Source: an uncultured Acidobacteriota bacterium (lineage in GTDB: Bacteria > Acidobacteriota > Terriglobia > Acidiferrales > UBA7541). Taken from it: DNA of 64,000 bases. A program made the position numbers and the translations under genes. Below are positions 41,515 through 52,352 of this stretch, one piece after another. The stretch spans positions 12,475 to 76,474 of the forward strand of contig CAVSNL010000031.1 of the NCBI GenBank assembly GCA_963729285.1, read 5' to 3'. Numbering within the stretch: position 1 is the first letter of the stretch; the number at the start of each line of letters is the position of its first letter. Under the pieces are notes generated by a model. That model saw only the letters and a list, made by a program, of their open reading frames with translations, searched no databases and was not told the origin of the DNA.

Positions 41515-41634
41515 GAGCCTGGGTGAGAACTACGGTTTTCGTCAGGGCACGGCTTCAGCCGTGCCATAACTGAAGCCGAATCAACAAGGCTTTAGCCGCT
41601 GAGGGCTTCTTCTGTCAATTCTCGCACAGACTCT
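41515..41634. mobile_element. ~120-bp MITE-like element with IS1182-type ends and an internal REP hairpin
   Basis: GAGCCTGGGTGAGAACT...AATTCTCGCACAGACTCT match the IRs at 6785 and 8147. Internal GGCACGGCT-TC-AGCCGTGCC at 41546-41565. Confidence 0.7.
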
Positions 41635-41829
41635 TGCTACACCCCCATTTTACGCAGGTTACCCGCGATAATCGAACCAGCTTCCATTGAAATGGCGATT
41701 TCAGGCTGCGAATGGTTACTACCGCCCATTGAGCTTCAAGGGCTGGAATAGCCCGGCCTGCTCAAATTCACGGTTCTTGCCTTACAGTAAAGATTCCAAC
41801 ATGTCACGTAACAGTTCGAGAACACGCGG

Positions 41830-41845
41830 CGGAATCGGCCTTGCC
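41830..41845 (+). promoter_or_regulatory. Candidate sigma-54 promoter
   Basis: CGGAATCGGCCTTGCC = GG-N10-GC, ~35 nt before GTG 41879. Confidence 0.4.
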
Positions 41846-41878
41846 CGTTCGTACAGTTTTCACTACGCTGGGAATATA

Positions 41879-42553
41879 GTGGCTACGAAACGCGCTACCA
41901 GCAAACTGTCAGTCTGCATTCTCTCGCCGCACCCTCTAGTGTTGAGCGAATTCGAGCGCTTGCTCGCGAAACCCCAGTTCAAGGTTACCCTCAAGCATCT
42001 CGAATCCACGTTGGCACCCGATCTCCGCAATCTGGAGCCGCCGCAGGCGCAGGTCTACGTGATCGACGCCCACGCCGCGCGTCCCGCGACTGGCGCTCTG
42101 CTCGCCAACATTCTCGAGCGCTATCCGGAAGCTCGCTTGATCGTCGTCGGTGAGCAACTCAGCGACGCCAACAGCTATTCGCTCCTCCGTTTGGGCGTAA
42201 AGGGTTTGCTGACCTATGTCGAAGCGCGCGAGCAATTGATCCGCGCCCTGCCGCTTGTGGCTGTAGGAGGCTTCTGGGTCCCCCGCTCCGTGCTATCTGG
42301 CTTCGTAGATTCCATTCTCACCGGCCAGGGACGACGCCTGAAGACCGATGCGGTCACGAATCTGAGCCGCCGCGAACAAGAGGTCCTCGACTCGCTCCTC
42401 GAAAATCTCTCGAACAAAGAAATTGCCAGCAAGCTCAACATCGCCGAGCGCACCGTAAAATTCCACGTCTCCAACTTGCTCAGCAAATTCGGCGTCCGCC
42501 GGCGCGCCGACCTGATCCTCCTGACCTTCCAGCGCCGCATGGCCCAACCCTAG
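41879..42553 (+). CDS. LuxR/NarL-family regulator with atypical receiver
   Basis: LSRREQEVL...SNKEIASKLNIAERTVKFHVSNLL. Start uncertain. Confidence 0.9.
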   Translation: MATKRATSKLSVCILSPHPLVLSEFERLLAKPQFKVTLKHLESTLAPDLRNLEPPQAQVYVIDAHAARPATGALLANILERYPEARLIVVGEQLSDANSYSLLRLGVKGLLTYVEAREQLIRALPLVAVGGFWVPRSVLSGFVDSILTGQGRRLKTDAVTNLSRREQEVLDSLLENLSNKEIASKLNIAERTVKFHVSNLLSKFGVRRRADLILLTFQRRMAQP

Positions 42554-42603
42554 CCAGGGCCGCCTCGCCCAAGCCTGGCCACTCTGCGAGGTTAACCTCC
42601 CTG

Positions 42604-42687
42604 GAATGAACACTTACAAAACTCTATCAAAACAAAGGACTTCAACCCCCTGCAGAATGAATACTTACGAAAAACAGGGAGGGGGGT
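42604..42687. repeat. Dispersed AT-rich repeat with internal GAATGAA(C/T)ACTTAC direct repeats
   Basis: Homologous, inverted, to 6428-6512. Confidence 0.75.
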
Positions 42688-42720
42688 AGTTCACAAACGT
42701 AGTTCACAACCAACTACGAT

Positions 42721-43570
42721 TCAGTCAGAAAACGTAAATCGGACGATGTACCAAAGCGCCTTCACTCCATCCTTCCAGGTGATCTTCTTGCCCTCTTCGT
42801 ACGTTCGCCCGGCATAGGAGATCGGCACTTCGTAAATCCGCCAATTCCGCTTGGCAATCTTCGCGGTGATCTCGGGCTCGAAACCAAAACGGTCCGACCG
42901 CAGTTGAATCCCTTGCAAAACTTCCTTGCGGAAAACCTTGTAGCAGGTCTCCATGTCGGTCAGCTTGAGGTTGGTAAAAATATCGGAAAGCAGCGTCAAG
43001 AACTTGTTGGCGACATAATGCCAGAAATAATGCACGCGCTGTGGCCCGCCGAGAAATCGTGAGCCGTACACCACATCAGCCCGCCCATCCAGAATGGGCT
43101 CCAGCAGTTTGGCATAGTCGCGGGGGTCGTATTCCAGGTCCGCATCCTGCACCAGCACGATGTCGCCGGTCGCTTGTGCGAATCCCCGGCGCAGCGCCGC
43201 GCCCTTACCCTGATTCTGGCGCCTGAAAGAAAAATCGCAAGTCGCGCAGTGCGATGGAATCGGCGCCATCCTGAGCGGGCGCGGCCGCGTCACCTTTCGC
43301 CTGCCGCGCCGCCATACTCTCCAGGATTTGCTTGGTTCCGTCGGTCGAGCAGTCGTCGACGACGATCACTTCCTTGCGCTGCTCGGTGTCCAGCACGCGC
43401 CGAAGGATTTCATCAATGGTGTTCTTCTCGTTGTAAACCGGAATCACAATCGAGAGTTTGGGATCGATGAGTGCCGAAGGGGAATACCGTTGGCGCGCCA
43501 TGCGTGCAGGAATTGTAGCGGGCACCATGCAGCGAGTAAAGGCAGCGAGCTCTTCTGTCTTTTCTTCCAT
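42721..43570 (-). CDS. GT2 polyprenol-phosphate glycosyltransferase (DPM1-like), frameshift near 43230
   Basis: [39 protein letters not shown] and FGFEPEIT. Start uncertain. Confidence 0.92.
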
Positions 43571-43595
43571 TACAAGCTTTTCGTTACCATTCGTC

Positions 43596-43640
43596 CATCA
43601 CGACGTTCTTTTCATCACGACCTTTCTTTTCATCACGACT
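43596..43640. repeat. Three direct CATCACGAC repeats at 17-18 bp spacing
   Basis: Copies at 43596, 43613 and 43631 in a divergent intergenic region. Confidence 0.7.
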
Positions 43641-43769
43641 TTGCGCCAATTTCCAGAGCGGTTATCATAAGCGGGCGGCAGTCCGAGCTATCCTCAGATT
43701 CCTGCTCTTCTTCCGCCCTGTACATTCGGTGATCTCTATAGGGAGATCACCCTTTTGCCTGCTCAGCAG

Positions 43770-45246
43770 ATGACGACCTTTTACATCGAACAATTCGGGT
43801 GCCGCGCGACGCAAGCCGATGGCGCCGCGATCGAACGCCAACTGCGTGATCGTGGATGCCTGGCCACGACGGATTCCAGCGCCGCGGACGTCGTCGTCGT
43901 AAACACTTGTACCGTGACCGCCGCGGCCGATTCACAGGCTCGCGATGCCATCCGCAAAATCCACGCCCGCAACCCCGGTGCCCGCGTCATCGTCACGGGC
44001 TGCTACGCGCAACGCGCACCCGAAGAACTCGCCGCACTACCAGGCGTCACCTGGGTCGTTGGCAATTCGCACAAGCCGCAAATCCCCGAACTTGCCGCGG
44101 GTCTTATGCAGGGACATTCGCCGTCGTCCGCCGCCGACGGTACTTTCATCTCTGCCGAAACGCTCCTTTCCATCGATTCCTCTGAAAACGATTCCTCCGA
44201 AAACGGGGCGTTTTCTCGCGTGCGCGCGCCCGCCAAAATCCTGACTGGCGACATCTTCGCGCAAAGCACATTTCTTGCGGCGCCGGTTCTAGGCGGGGAG
44301 GGGAATCACACGCGCCCCACGCTGAAAATTCAGGACGGCTGCAACAGCCGCTGCTCCTACTGCGTCATCCCATTTGTACGCGGAAAAAGCCGCAGCCTCC
44401 CGCCCAACGAAGTCATCGCAGAAATCCGATGCCTCAGCGAATCGGGCTATCGCGAAATCGTTCTCAGCGGCATCAATCTCGGCACTTATGGCCGCGATCT
44501 TGCGCCGCGGGTGGAATTCGACGATCTCTTGCGTCGCATTCTCGACGAAACGCCGATCGAGCGTATTCGCATCAGCTCGATCGAGCCGCTCGACGTGACC
44601 CAGGATCTGATCGCGCTGTTCGCTTCCACACCGCGCATCGCTCAGCACTTCCACATGCCGCTGCAGTCCGCCTCCGATGGCATTCTCGCCGCCATGCATC
44701 GCTGGTATCGCTCCGAGCACTATGCGCGCCGCGTCGAGCTCATTCGCGAGCATCTGCCGCACGCGGCTATCGGCGCTGACGTCATCGCCGGATTCCCGGG
44801 CGAGACCGATGACGACCACGCCGCGACGATGTCCTTCATCGAACGATTGCCTTTCACGTACCTCCACGTTTTTTCGTTCTCGAAACGCCCAGGCACGCGC
44901 GCGGCGCGCGATGCCCAACGAAGTACCCGCGCTGACCATCCGGCGTCGCGCACGCGAACTCCGCGCGCTCGGCGAAAGAAAAGCGGCGGCATTCCATCGC
45001 ACGCAAGTCGATCGGACGCTCGAAGTACTCACACTGCGTCACACGCCGCTCGCAGCCCGCAGCTCGGCCACAAATCCAAGCTGGACGCCTGCTATCTCCA
45101 GCAACTATCTCCAGGTCCGTTTGTCCGGCGAATGGCCGGCAAACCAGATGATGCGAGCGCGCGTGGTTTGCGCGGGCGACGGGCACGTCGATGCCAATCC
45201 GGAAACCACCGAAATTTTTGCGGTTCAGCACGCTACGCGAGGGTGA
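43770..45246 (+). CDS. mtaB: tRNA t6A37 methylthiotransferase, frameshift near 44910
   Basis: FGCRATQ, VNTCTVT, VTGCYAQ, KIQDGCNSRCSYC, HFHMPLQS and ADVIAGFPGET. Confidence 0.9.
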
Positions 45247-45258
45247 GAAGCTTCCGCT

Positions 45259-46926
45259 ATGCTCGTACTTGGGATTGCCAGCCTCGACCAGGATTCCGGG
45301 GTCGCGCTCGTCGATGAAAAGTCTCTGCTGGGCGCGATCGAGGAAGAAAAACTCAATCGCTCGCTGTCCGCGGATAAAGTTCCCAGCCGCGCGATCACGC
45401 GCATCCTGGAGCAACATGGCGTGGGTCCCGCCGACCTGACCGTCGCCGCGCTCGCGGACCTCCCGCAGCAAGCGCGTCTGCGCGAGTCCGGACTGGGCTC
45501 GAAATTTTCCGCCAGCCGCAAGCGCAAATCCGCTCGCGATCTTCGCAAATCCATTTCGATTCCGCAGCTTCGCCACCAACTAAGCCGCGGCGTCCGGCTG
45601 CAGCCGTTCGAGCATCACCTTTGCCACGCGGCCAGCGCGTTCTACACCTCGGACTTCGATCGCGCCTTGATTCTCACGCTTGACGGCGGGGCCGCCGGGC
45701 GATGCGGCCAAATCTCGCTCGGCGAGAACGACGAAATCCGCCCGCTGCGCACCATGCAGTTTCCCGATTCCCTCGGCTGGTTCTACTCGCGCATCACCGC
45801 CCTCCTCGGCCTTCGGCCGCTCTTCGACGAGCACAAAGTCCAGTGGCTAGGCCGCCAGGGCCAGCCCGAATATCTTCCGGTCTTTCGCAAACTGTTCCGC
45901 AGCGACGCTCACGGCTTGCCGGTTCTGGATCGCCGCTATTTCGCCGCGGGTCCCGATGAACGCGGCACGTTCTCACCTCAGTTTTACCGCGAGCTGAAAA
46001 TCCACAAAGACAAGTTCCGCGAAGATCCCGCGGTTTGCGCGGCATTGGCCCGCAGCGCGCAGCTCTTCCTGGAAGAAACGGTCCTGGAAGTCGCACACCA
46101 CTTCCAGGCACAGACCGGCGCGGACTCCCTGTGCGTTGCCGGCGGCGTGTTTTTGAATGTTTTGCTGATTCGCGCTTTGGAAAGGCGCAGCACCTTCGAT
46201 CGAGTTTACGTGCAACCGGTTGCGGGCAACGCGGGCACAGCCTTGGGCGCCGCTTTCCTGGCGCGCAAAAAACTGTCGGGAAAATCCGGCCGCGCTCCGA
46301 TGACCACGCTCGCGCTCGGCCCCGACCTGGTCTCCCAGGAGATCAAAGCGGTCCTCGACAACTGCAAAATCATCTACAAATATCTTTCCGGCGAAGAGCA
46401 ATTGATTGCCGAAAGCGTGAGGCTTTTACAACGCGATAAGATTGTCGCGTGGTGCCAGGGCCGCACCGAATTCGGCCACCGCGCGTTAGGGAACCGCAGC
46501 ATCCTGGCCTCGCCGTTTTCCGAATACGTGATCGACAACGTGAACCAGTACATCAAGCACCGCGCCGATTTCCACCCGTTCGCGTTGTCGGTTCCCGCCG
46601 AACGCGCCGCCGAATTCTTCGATTGCTCTCCGAACTGCCGATTCATGGCTTCGCTCGGCACACTCCGGAATCAAGTCCCGGGCCTCGAGCAATTCGCCTT
46701 CAACGGCCGCGAAGTCCGGGTGCACACCGTCGACAAAGACTCCAACCCCGGCTTCTGGCGCCTGCTCAACAAGTTCGGCGAAACCGCTCCGGCGCCTGTG
46801 CTGGTCAACACCTCCTTCAATTTATTCGGCGAGCCGCTGGTCTCCGACCCCCGCGAAGCGGTCCGCAGCTTCTACTGCTCCGGCATTGACGCCCTGGCAC
46901 TGGGTTCATTTCTAGTCGTGAAGTAA
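45259..46926 (+). CDS. NodU/CmcH-family carbamoyltransferase-like protein
   Basis: EHHLCHAASAF, AGGVFLN, GRTEFGHRALGNRSILA and LVNTSFNLFGEP. Confidence 0.88.
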   Translation: MLVLGIASLDQDSGVALVDEKSLLGAIEEEKLNRSLSADKVPSRAITRILEQHGVGPADLTVAALADLPQQARLRESGLGSKFSASRKRKSARDLRKSISIPQLRHQLSRGVRLQPFEHHLCHAASAFYTSDFDRALILTLDGGAAGRCGQISLGENDEIRPLRTMQFPDSLGWFYSRITALLGLRPLFDEHKVQWLGRQGQPEYLPVFRKLFRSDAHGLPVLDRRYFAAGPDERGTFSPQFYRELKIHKDKFREDPAVCAALARSAQLFLEETVLEVAHHFQAQTGADSLCVAGGVFLNVLLIRALERRSTFDRVYVQPVAGNAGTALGAAFLARKKLSGKSGRAPMTTLALGPDLVSQEIKAVLDNCKIIYKYLSGEEQLIAESVRLLQRDKIVAWCQGRTEFGHRALGNRSILASPFSEYVIDNVNQYIKHRADFHPFALSVPAERAAEFFDCSPNCRFMASLGTLRNQVPGLEQFAFNGREVRVHTVDKDSNPGFWRLLNKFGETAPAPVLVNTSFNLFGEPLVSDPREAVRSFYCSGIDALALGSFLVVK

Positions 46927-46964
46927 TTTGGAATCCTGACGCTGGTTTCCGAGTTGCCGCTGCC

Positions 46965-49070
46965 TCAGTGGCGGAGTACGGACATCAGACTGCTATGGTC
47001 GTCCGTCCACAGCACGCTTTCCACCTGATCCCAGGGGTACGTTTTCTCGTCGGGACCCGCCAGGTCCAACATCGCCGGGTTTCGCGAGAACACGGCGTAT
47101 TCGAACGTGAAATTCATGTAGAAGCGCAACGGGACGTGCTCCGTCCGGCTGAAGGCTAACATCACGGGGGAAAGGTCCACCACTCGATTGCTGATGTGAA
47201 AAACCAGCACCGAATCAGGACCATTCAACCGGCGCAGATAAAGTTGGAACGCCTCGCGGGTGATCATTTGAGTGGGAATCGCATCGCCGCTGAACGCGTC
47301 GAGCACCAGGACGTCATAGCCCGGTTGTTTGTCGGCTTCAATCCCTAGCCGGCCATCATCCTGCATCACTTCGACGCTGGCTTTCGTATCCTGAAGGTAG
47401 GTGAACTTGGGATTCGGGCCTTGCGCCAGCTGGATGACCTGGGGATCAATCTCCCAGAAGCGCATGGTGTCGCGAGGCTGGCCATATGCCGCCAGGACAC
47501 CGGTTCCCAGGCCCACGAGACCGATGCGCCGCCCGCGCCCCGTCGGCTGCGGATAGTTCATCAACAGTTTGCCGACCGGACTGTGATGCGAGTAGTAGGA
47601 GAGAGGCTCGTCGCGCCGCGCGTCATCCAGGTATTGTCTACCGTGTTCGACGCCGCCGTTCCGAAGAATGCGGATGCCATCTTTTTCGTACACTTGCTTC
47701 ACGCCGAAGAAGTTGCGCATCAGTAGCCGGCCAGCGGCTTGCTGGCGGGCCGCCTGAAATACGGTTAGCCCGGTGACGATTAACAGGATGGCGAACGCGG
47801 GCGCTTTCCATCGCACACCTGGATAAAGCAGCGAGCTGCGATCGGCCAACAAAGCCCACAAGGCGAGGACGCCGCAGGCCACCAAAGTGATGTGGAATTC
47901 CCAGTAGCCATGGAAAACGTGAGGGGCCACGAGGCTGACTAGGATTCCGCCCAGCACTCCTCCGAGGCTGACCATCAGATAGAAGGAGGTCAATTGGGAC
48001 GCGAGCGGTTTGCTGCGCGCCAGTTCCCCGTGGCAGATCATGCAGAGCACAAACAGAATGAACAGGTAGGCATCGGCGCGGCGTATCAGGTCTAAAGCGA
48101 TACCGCTTTTGAAAATCCACAATGCCAGCCAGATTGCGGCCACATACAGAAGAAAGAAGAACCCCCGCCGATACCAACGCGGGTGATCGAAGCACAAGAT
48201 GAAAGAGAGCAGATATAGGCACAGCGGCAAGACCCAGAGAAACGGTGTAACCGCAACGTCTTCACACAGCAGGTTCGTGGTGGCCAGCAACACGGCCGAA
48301 CCACACGCCGCCAGCGAAGCCCACAGGATACGCATCGCCACGGCCGGGCATCCCGATGCTTGCTCCAGCGGGAACGGCTCTTTTGCATGGCTGGAGAGGA
48401 CTCCGCGGCAGATGATCACGTACAAGCCTACGAAGGCTGCAAACAGAATATTCCAAAGCCACGCCTGACGCCGTAAGGGGAACAACCAATCCAGTACAAA
48501 CGGATAGCTGATTAAGGCGAACAAAGAGCCGATATTCGACAGTGCATAGAGCCTGTACGGCGATTCGTTCCCTGCGCCGATCCGAAACCAGTGCTGCAGC
48601 AGGGGCGCAGCGGTCGAGAGCAGAAAGAACGGAATACCCGCGCACAACGCCAGAACCAGCAAAATGTGAAGAGCCGGATGGCTCCGAAGCACGTCGCGCA
48701 GGTGCCCCGTGGGAGTGAGCGGCGATCCCCAAACGAAAACTGCCAGCGTAAACGGTACGAAAGCCAGAGCAATGACTGCAAGTTGCAGCTTTCCCTGCGC
48801 GCGTAGGGAAAGGCGAGTGGAACTCCAATGAACGAAAGCGTATCCGGCCAGCAGCACGGTTTGGAAGAACAACATGCACGTTGTCCAGACGGCGGGACTC
48901 CCGCCAAACCAGGGGAGAATGTGCTTGGCAACGATCAGTTCCAACTGGAAAAGCAGGAAGGCGCCCAAGAGAGCAGCCAGTCCGAATCGACGCAGTCCAG
49001 CGCGGCTTCCCGCCGTCGCCGGCATGGGAACTCGATCAACGGCTGGGAGTGGAGCAACTTGAATTTCCAT
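46965..49070 (-). CDS. Multi-TM membrane protein fused to a spermidine-synthase-like SAM-dependent domain
   Basis: LPWFGGSPAVW, PYRLYALSN, CHGELAR, RNFFG, VGLGTG and LDAFSGDAIP. Confidence 0.88.
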   Translation of the reverse strand: MEIQVAPLPAVDRVPMPATAGSRAGLRRFGLAALLGAFLLFQLELIVAKHILPWFGGSPAVWTTCMLFFQTVLLAGYAFVHWSSTRLSLRAQGKLQLAVIALAFVPFTLAVFVWGSPLTPTGHLRDVLRSHPALHILLVLALCAGIPFFLLSTAAPLLQHWFRIGAGNESPYRLYALSNIGSLFALISYPFVLDWLFPLRRQAWLWNILFAAFVGLYVIICRGVLSSHAKEPFPLEQASGCPAVAMRILWASLAACGSAVLLATTNLLCEDVAVTPFLWVLPLCLYLLSFILCFDHPRWYRRGFFFLLYVAAIWLALWIFKSGIALDLIRRADAYLFILFVLCMICHGELARSKPLASQLTSFYLMVSLGGVLGGILVSLVAPHVFHGYWEFHITLVACGVLALWALLADRSSLLYPGVRWKAPAFAILLIVTGLTVFQAARQQAAGRLLMRNFFGVKQVYEKDGIRILRNGGVEHGRQYLDDARRDEPLSYYSHHSPVGKLLMNYPQPTGRGRRIGLVGLGTGVLAAYGQPRDTMRFWEIDPQVIQLAQGPNPKFTYLQDTKASVEVMQDDGRLGIEADKQPGYDVLVLDAFSGDAIPTQMITREAFQLYLRRLNGPDSVLVFHISNRVVDLSPVMLAFSRTEHVPLRFYMNFTFEYAVFSRNPAMLDLAGPDEKTYPWDQVESVLWTDDHSSLMSVLRH

Positions 49071-49383
49071 CGGGATTCGGCACTGAGCTTACGCTGCGCT
49101 CGCTATGCGAGCACCATTTAAGCCACTAGGAATGATATCGTTCGGCTGCTTCGGACGTGGGGTTCTTACCGAGGTTTGTCAGACAAGTGAGACAAGTGGT
49201 TACAGTTTTCGTTTTGGACAATTTTTAGAGGGCTGTAACTACCGATGATTTGCGAGCGACACGAGGAAACGCATGTCTCTAGCTCTCGAAAATGACTTGG
49301 GCATCGTCAAGTAGTTTGGAGCGCGCGGCTCGGCGCGGCTCACCGCCGCCTTCGAGCCCACTGAGATTAGAGGCATAAGTACT

Positions 49384-49734
49384 CTAGCGGGAAGTTCGGT
49401 CCGCGCGATGGCCGCCGAAGGCATGGATTGTCCTCGTTCCGGCGAGCACTTCGCCGCTGTGTGGCACGCCGCGCGGGATGAAATGCTCTTGTCCGGCTTT
49501 CACGGGAATGCGTTGGCCGTCGATGATCAGCGTGTAGCAGCCTTGCACTACGATCATGTACTCATCGAAGTCGTGGACGTGCGCTGCGGAGGTCGCCGTC
49601 TCGCGGCACGTCCAAAAGGCCATCTGGCTGCCGTCCGCGCCGTCGAAGACATAGCCTTCCACGCCGGGAGTGGCCTGGCTGGTGGTGACGATCCGGTTTG
49701 CCGCGTTCTTCATGAATTGTGGGAATTCGTTCAT
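49384..49734 (-). CDS. Cupin domain protein
   Basis: HVHDFDE...IPRGVPH. Confidence 0.85.
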   Translation of the reverse strand: MNEFPQFMKNAANRIVTTSQATPGVEGYVFDGADGSQMAFWTCRETATSAAHVHDFDEYMIVVQGCYTLIIDGQRIPVKAGQEHFIPRGVPHSGEVLAGTRTIHAFGGHRADRTSR

Positions 49735-49738
49735 TGTT

Positions 49739-50116
49739 CTAACTCTCAAAAATAACTTGAGCGAAGGCTTGATCGGCGGTGTGCGTGATGCTTAGTGAGA
49801 TGTACTTGACGCCGAGGCGCTCGGCGATATTGGTGGCTTCGCCGGCGAGCTTGATCGTCGGGCGGCCGCCCTTTTCGCGGGCGACTTCGACGTCAACCCA
49901 GCGGACACCGCGGCTCCAGCCGGTGCCGAGCGCTTTCATGGCGGCTTCTTTCGCGGCGAAGCGGCCTGCATATCGCTCGTATTTGTTCTTGAAACGCTCG
50001 CAGTATTCCTGTTCCTTGGCGGTGTACAGGCGGCGCAGGAAGGTTTCGCCGTGGCGCTCGATGGCGGCCTTGACGCGCGCAACCTCTGCGATATCAATAC
50101 CTAATCCGACGATCAA
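49739..50116 (-). CDS. acpS: Holo-[acyl-carrier-protein] synthase
   Basis: GLGIDI, RFAAKEAAMKALGTG and LSITH. GGAGG before TTG. Confidence 0.96.
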   Translation of the reverse strand: MIVGLGIDIAEVARVKAAIERHGETFLRRLYTAKEQEYCERFKNKYERYAGRFAAKEAAMKALGTGWSRGVRWVDVEVAREKGGRPTIKLAGEATNIAERLGVKYISLSITHTADQAFAQVIFES

Positions 50117-50200
50117 GCGACCTCCAAACAAAAGGCGCCCGCCACGGTCGGCGGCCGCTACAACGTGTGTCTGCGCGAACTGCGATTATACTGGTAGGCC

Positions 50201-51129
50201 GTGGCTACCGCGAAGACCTCGTCCAAGAAGCGCCGCATTCGCAAACGGGCACCGGTGCGCCCGCGAGAGAAAGCGTGGGCGGAACGGAAGCTGCGCGGCG
50301 TCACCGTGTTGCAGGTTCCCGCGTTTACGAAAATTCCGTGGCTGGTTCATGGCTTCAGCACGCGCTCCGGCGGCGTAAGCGACGCAGGTGGCGAAAAAGT
50401 GCTGAACCTCGGCGCGGTGGAATGGGACACGCGCGAAAACGTGGAGGAGAACAAGCGCAGATTTCAAGCGGCGCTTGGTGCCGCGGACGACACGCTCGTA
50501 TCGTTGCACCAGATCCATTCCGACGTGGTGCGTTGCTTTAAGTCCGCGCCGCCGAAGCAGTGCAAAGGCGATGCCTCTGTTACAAAGCAGGCCTGGTTTG
50601 TTACTGGGAGTGCGCACCGCCGACTGCGCTCCGGTGCTGGTGGTCGATCCCAAGAAGCGCGTGGTCGCGGCAATTCACGCGGGGTGGCGAGGGACGCTGG
50701 CGCGCATCGTCACAAAAACTGTCGGGCAGATGCAGATGGAGTTCGGGTGTCGTCCGCAGGATCTGCTGGCGGCGATCGGACCGACCATTGGCGGCTGCTG
50801 CTACGAAGTGGGCACGGAGGTGGCGGGCCGCGTTCGCCGCGAAATTTGCCAACGCCTCCGACTTTTTCGATGAACTGCGTACCGGCGATGAGCCCAACCC
50901 GCTGCAATGGTTGAACATGATGCCGCCTGGGCATCAACCGCCGCCAAACAAGGTGCTGCTCGATTTGAAGAAAGCGAACCGGGCGCAGCTTGTGGAAGCC
51001 GGTGTTCGCGAGGAAAACATCTTCGTTACGGAACTTTGTACTTCGTGCGACGTGGATCGCTTGTTCAGCTATCGCAAAGAGGGAGCGGCTAGCGGGCGGC
51101 TGATGGGTGTCGTCGGTATCCGTGCATGA
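50201..51129 (+). CDS. pgeF: Peptidoglycan editing factor/YfiH family, two frameshifts
   Basis: HGFSTR, QIHS, RTADC, HAGWRG, CCYEV, CTSC and FSYR, across three ORFs. Confidence 0.9.
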
Positions 51130-51170
51130 GGCGCGAAGTGTGCAATCTTGTGGAGGTCGCATTTGTGTGA

Positions 51171-51206
51171 CATCTAAACCCCGCCCTCTCGGCGAGGGCG
51201 GCTACA
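51171..51206. repeat. REP-like element CATCTAAACCCCGC...GCGGCTACA, second copy at 57756-57791
   Basis: Identical flanks around different but self-complementary stems. Confidence 0.75.
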
Positions 51207-51272
51207 AGATCTTCGCGTTGCGATGGATTCAGGGATAGATCGGGACGACGGTTACAATTCGCGGCGATTTCT

Positions 51273-52352
51273 TCAAGGGAGAACGGCGAGAGGCGAGGCG
51301 CTGATTTCGTTCAACGCCAGCTGCCCGCAAGCGGCCATGACGTCGCGGCCGCGGGAGTGGCGCACGAAGGTGGGAATGCCGCGCTCGATCAGCAGCTTCT
51401 GGAAAGCGTCGATGACTTCGGGCGGCGATTCGTGATACGGCAGCGCGCCGGGATTCCAGGGAATCAGATTGACTTTGGCCGCTTGCAACGGCGCCAGCAG
51501 TTTCACTACGCGGCGGGCATCGGCCAGCGAATCGTTTACGCCGCCCAGCATCACGTATTCGAACATCAGGTATTCCCACGCGCGCAGCGGATATTCCCGG
51601 CAAGCCTTCATCAGTGCCGCCAGCGGATATTTCCGGTTGATGGGCATGAGCGTGTTGCGCTGCTCGTCGTTGGAGGCGTTCAACGAAATCGCCAGGCCCG
51701 GCCGCACTTCTTCCTTGCTGAGGCGCTCGATGCCCGGGACGATTCCGCTGGTCGAGAGCGTTGCATGTTTCGGGGAAATCGCGACGGCTTTTGGATCGAG
51801 CAGAATTCGGAGCGCCGCCATCACGGAATCGAAATTCAACAGGGGCTCGCCTTGCCCCATCAGCACGATGTTGGTATTCGGTGTCAGCACCGCCTGGTGT
51901 TCTTCCAGGGGGAGCAGCACCTGGGCCACAATTTCGCCCGGCGTCAAATTGCGAATCAAGCCGAGCTGCGCGGTCAGGCAGAACTGGCAATCCACCGCGC
52001 AACCCGCCTGCGTGGAAATGCAAATCGTCTGCCGGCCCTCGCTGGGCATGAAGACCGCTTCGACAGACGCGGCGCGAGCCGTGGCCTTGTCTTCGCCGAC
52101 GGGCAGCGCAAACAAATAGCGCACCGAGCCATCCTGCGACACGTAGCGCTGCCGCACGATCGGCAAGGTCACACGCGCCTCGTTCGCCAATCGCTCGCGC
52201 AACGCCGCGGGCAAAGTGGTCATCGACGCAATGTCGAAGATTCGCTCGACGTATAGCGCGTGATAAAGCTGCGCGCCGCGATACGCAGGCTCGCCCAGCC
52301 CCACGCAGAATTCCGTGAGTTCCGCTTTCGATTTGCCGAGAAGTTCGATCAT
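51273..52352 (-). CDS. rlmN: 23S rRNA/tRNA m2A methyltransferase (radical SAM)
   Basis: CISTQAGCAVDCQFC, MGQGEP, STSG, NLIPWN and AACGQL. Confidence 0.95.
   Translation of the reverse strand: MIELLGKSKAELTEFCVGLGEPAYRGAQLYHALYVERIFDIASMTTLPAALRERLANEARVTLPIVRQRYVSQDGSVRYLFALPVGEDKATARAASVEAVFMPSEGRQTICISTQAGCAVDCQFCLTAQLGLIRNLTPGEIVAQVLLPLEEHQAVLTPNTNIVLMGQGEPLLNFDSVMAALRILLDPKAVAISPKHATLSTSGIVPGIERLSKEEVRPGLAISLNASNDEQRNTLMPINRKYPLAALMKACREYPLRAWEYLMFEYVMLGGVNDSLADARRVVKLLAPLQAAKVNLIPWNPGALPYHESPPEVIDAFQKLLIERGIPTFVRHSRGRDVMAACGQLALNEISASPLAVLP

Noticed and set aside
41422-41525. SAM/SAH or cobalamin riboswitch upstream of metH
   Set aside because: GAGGAGC and CCAGGCTC occur in the wrong order for an SAH riboswitch, and no S-box or B12-box core is recognisable.
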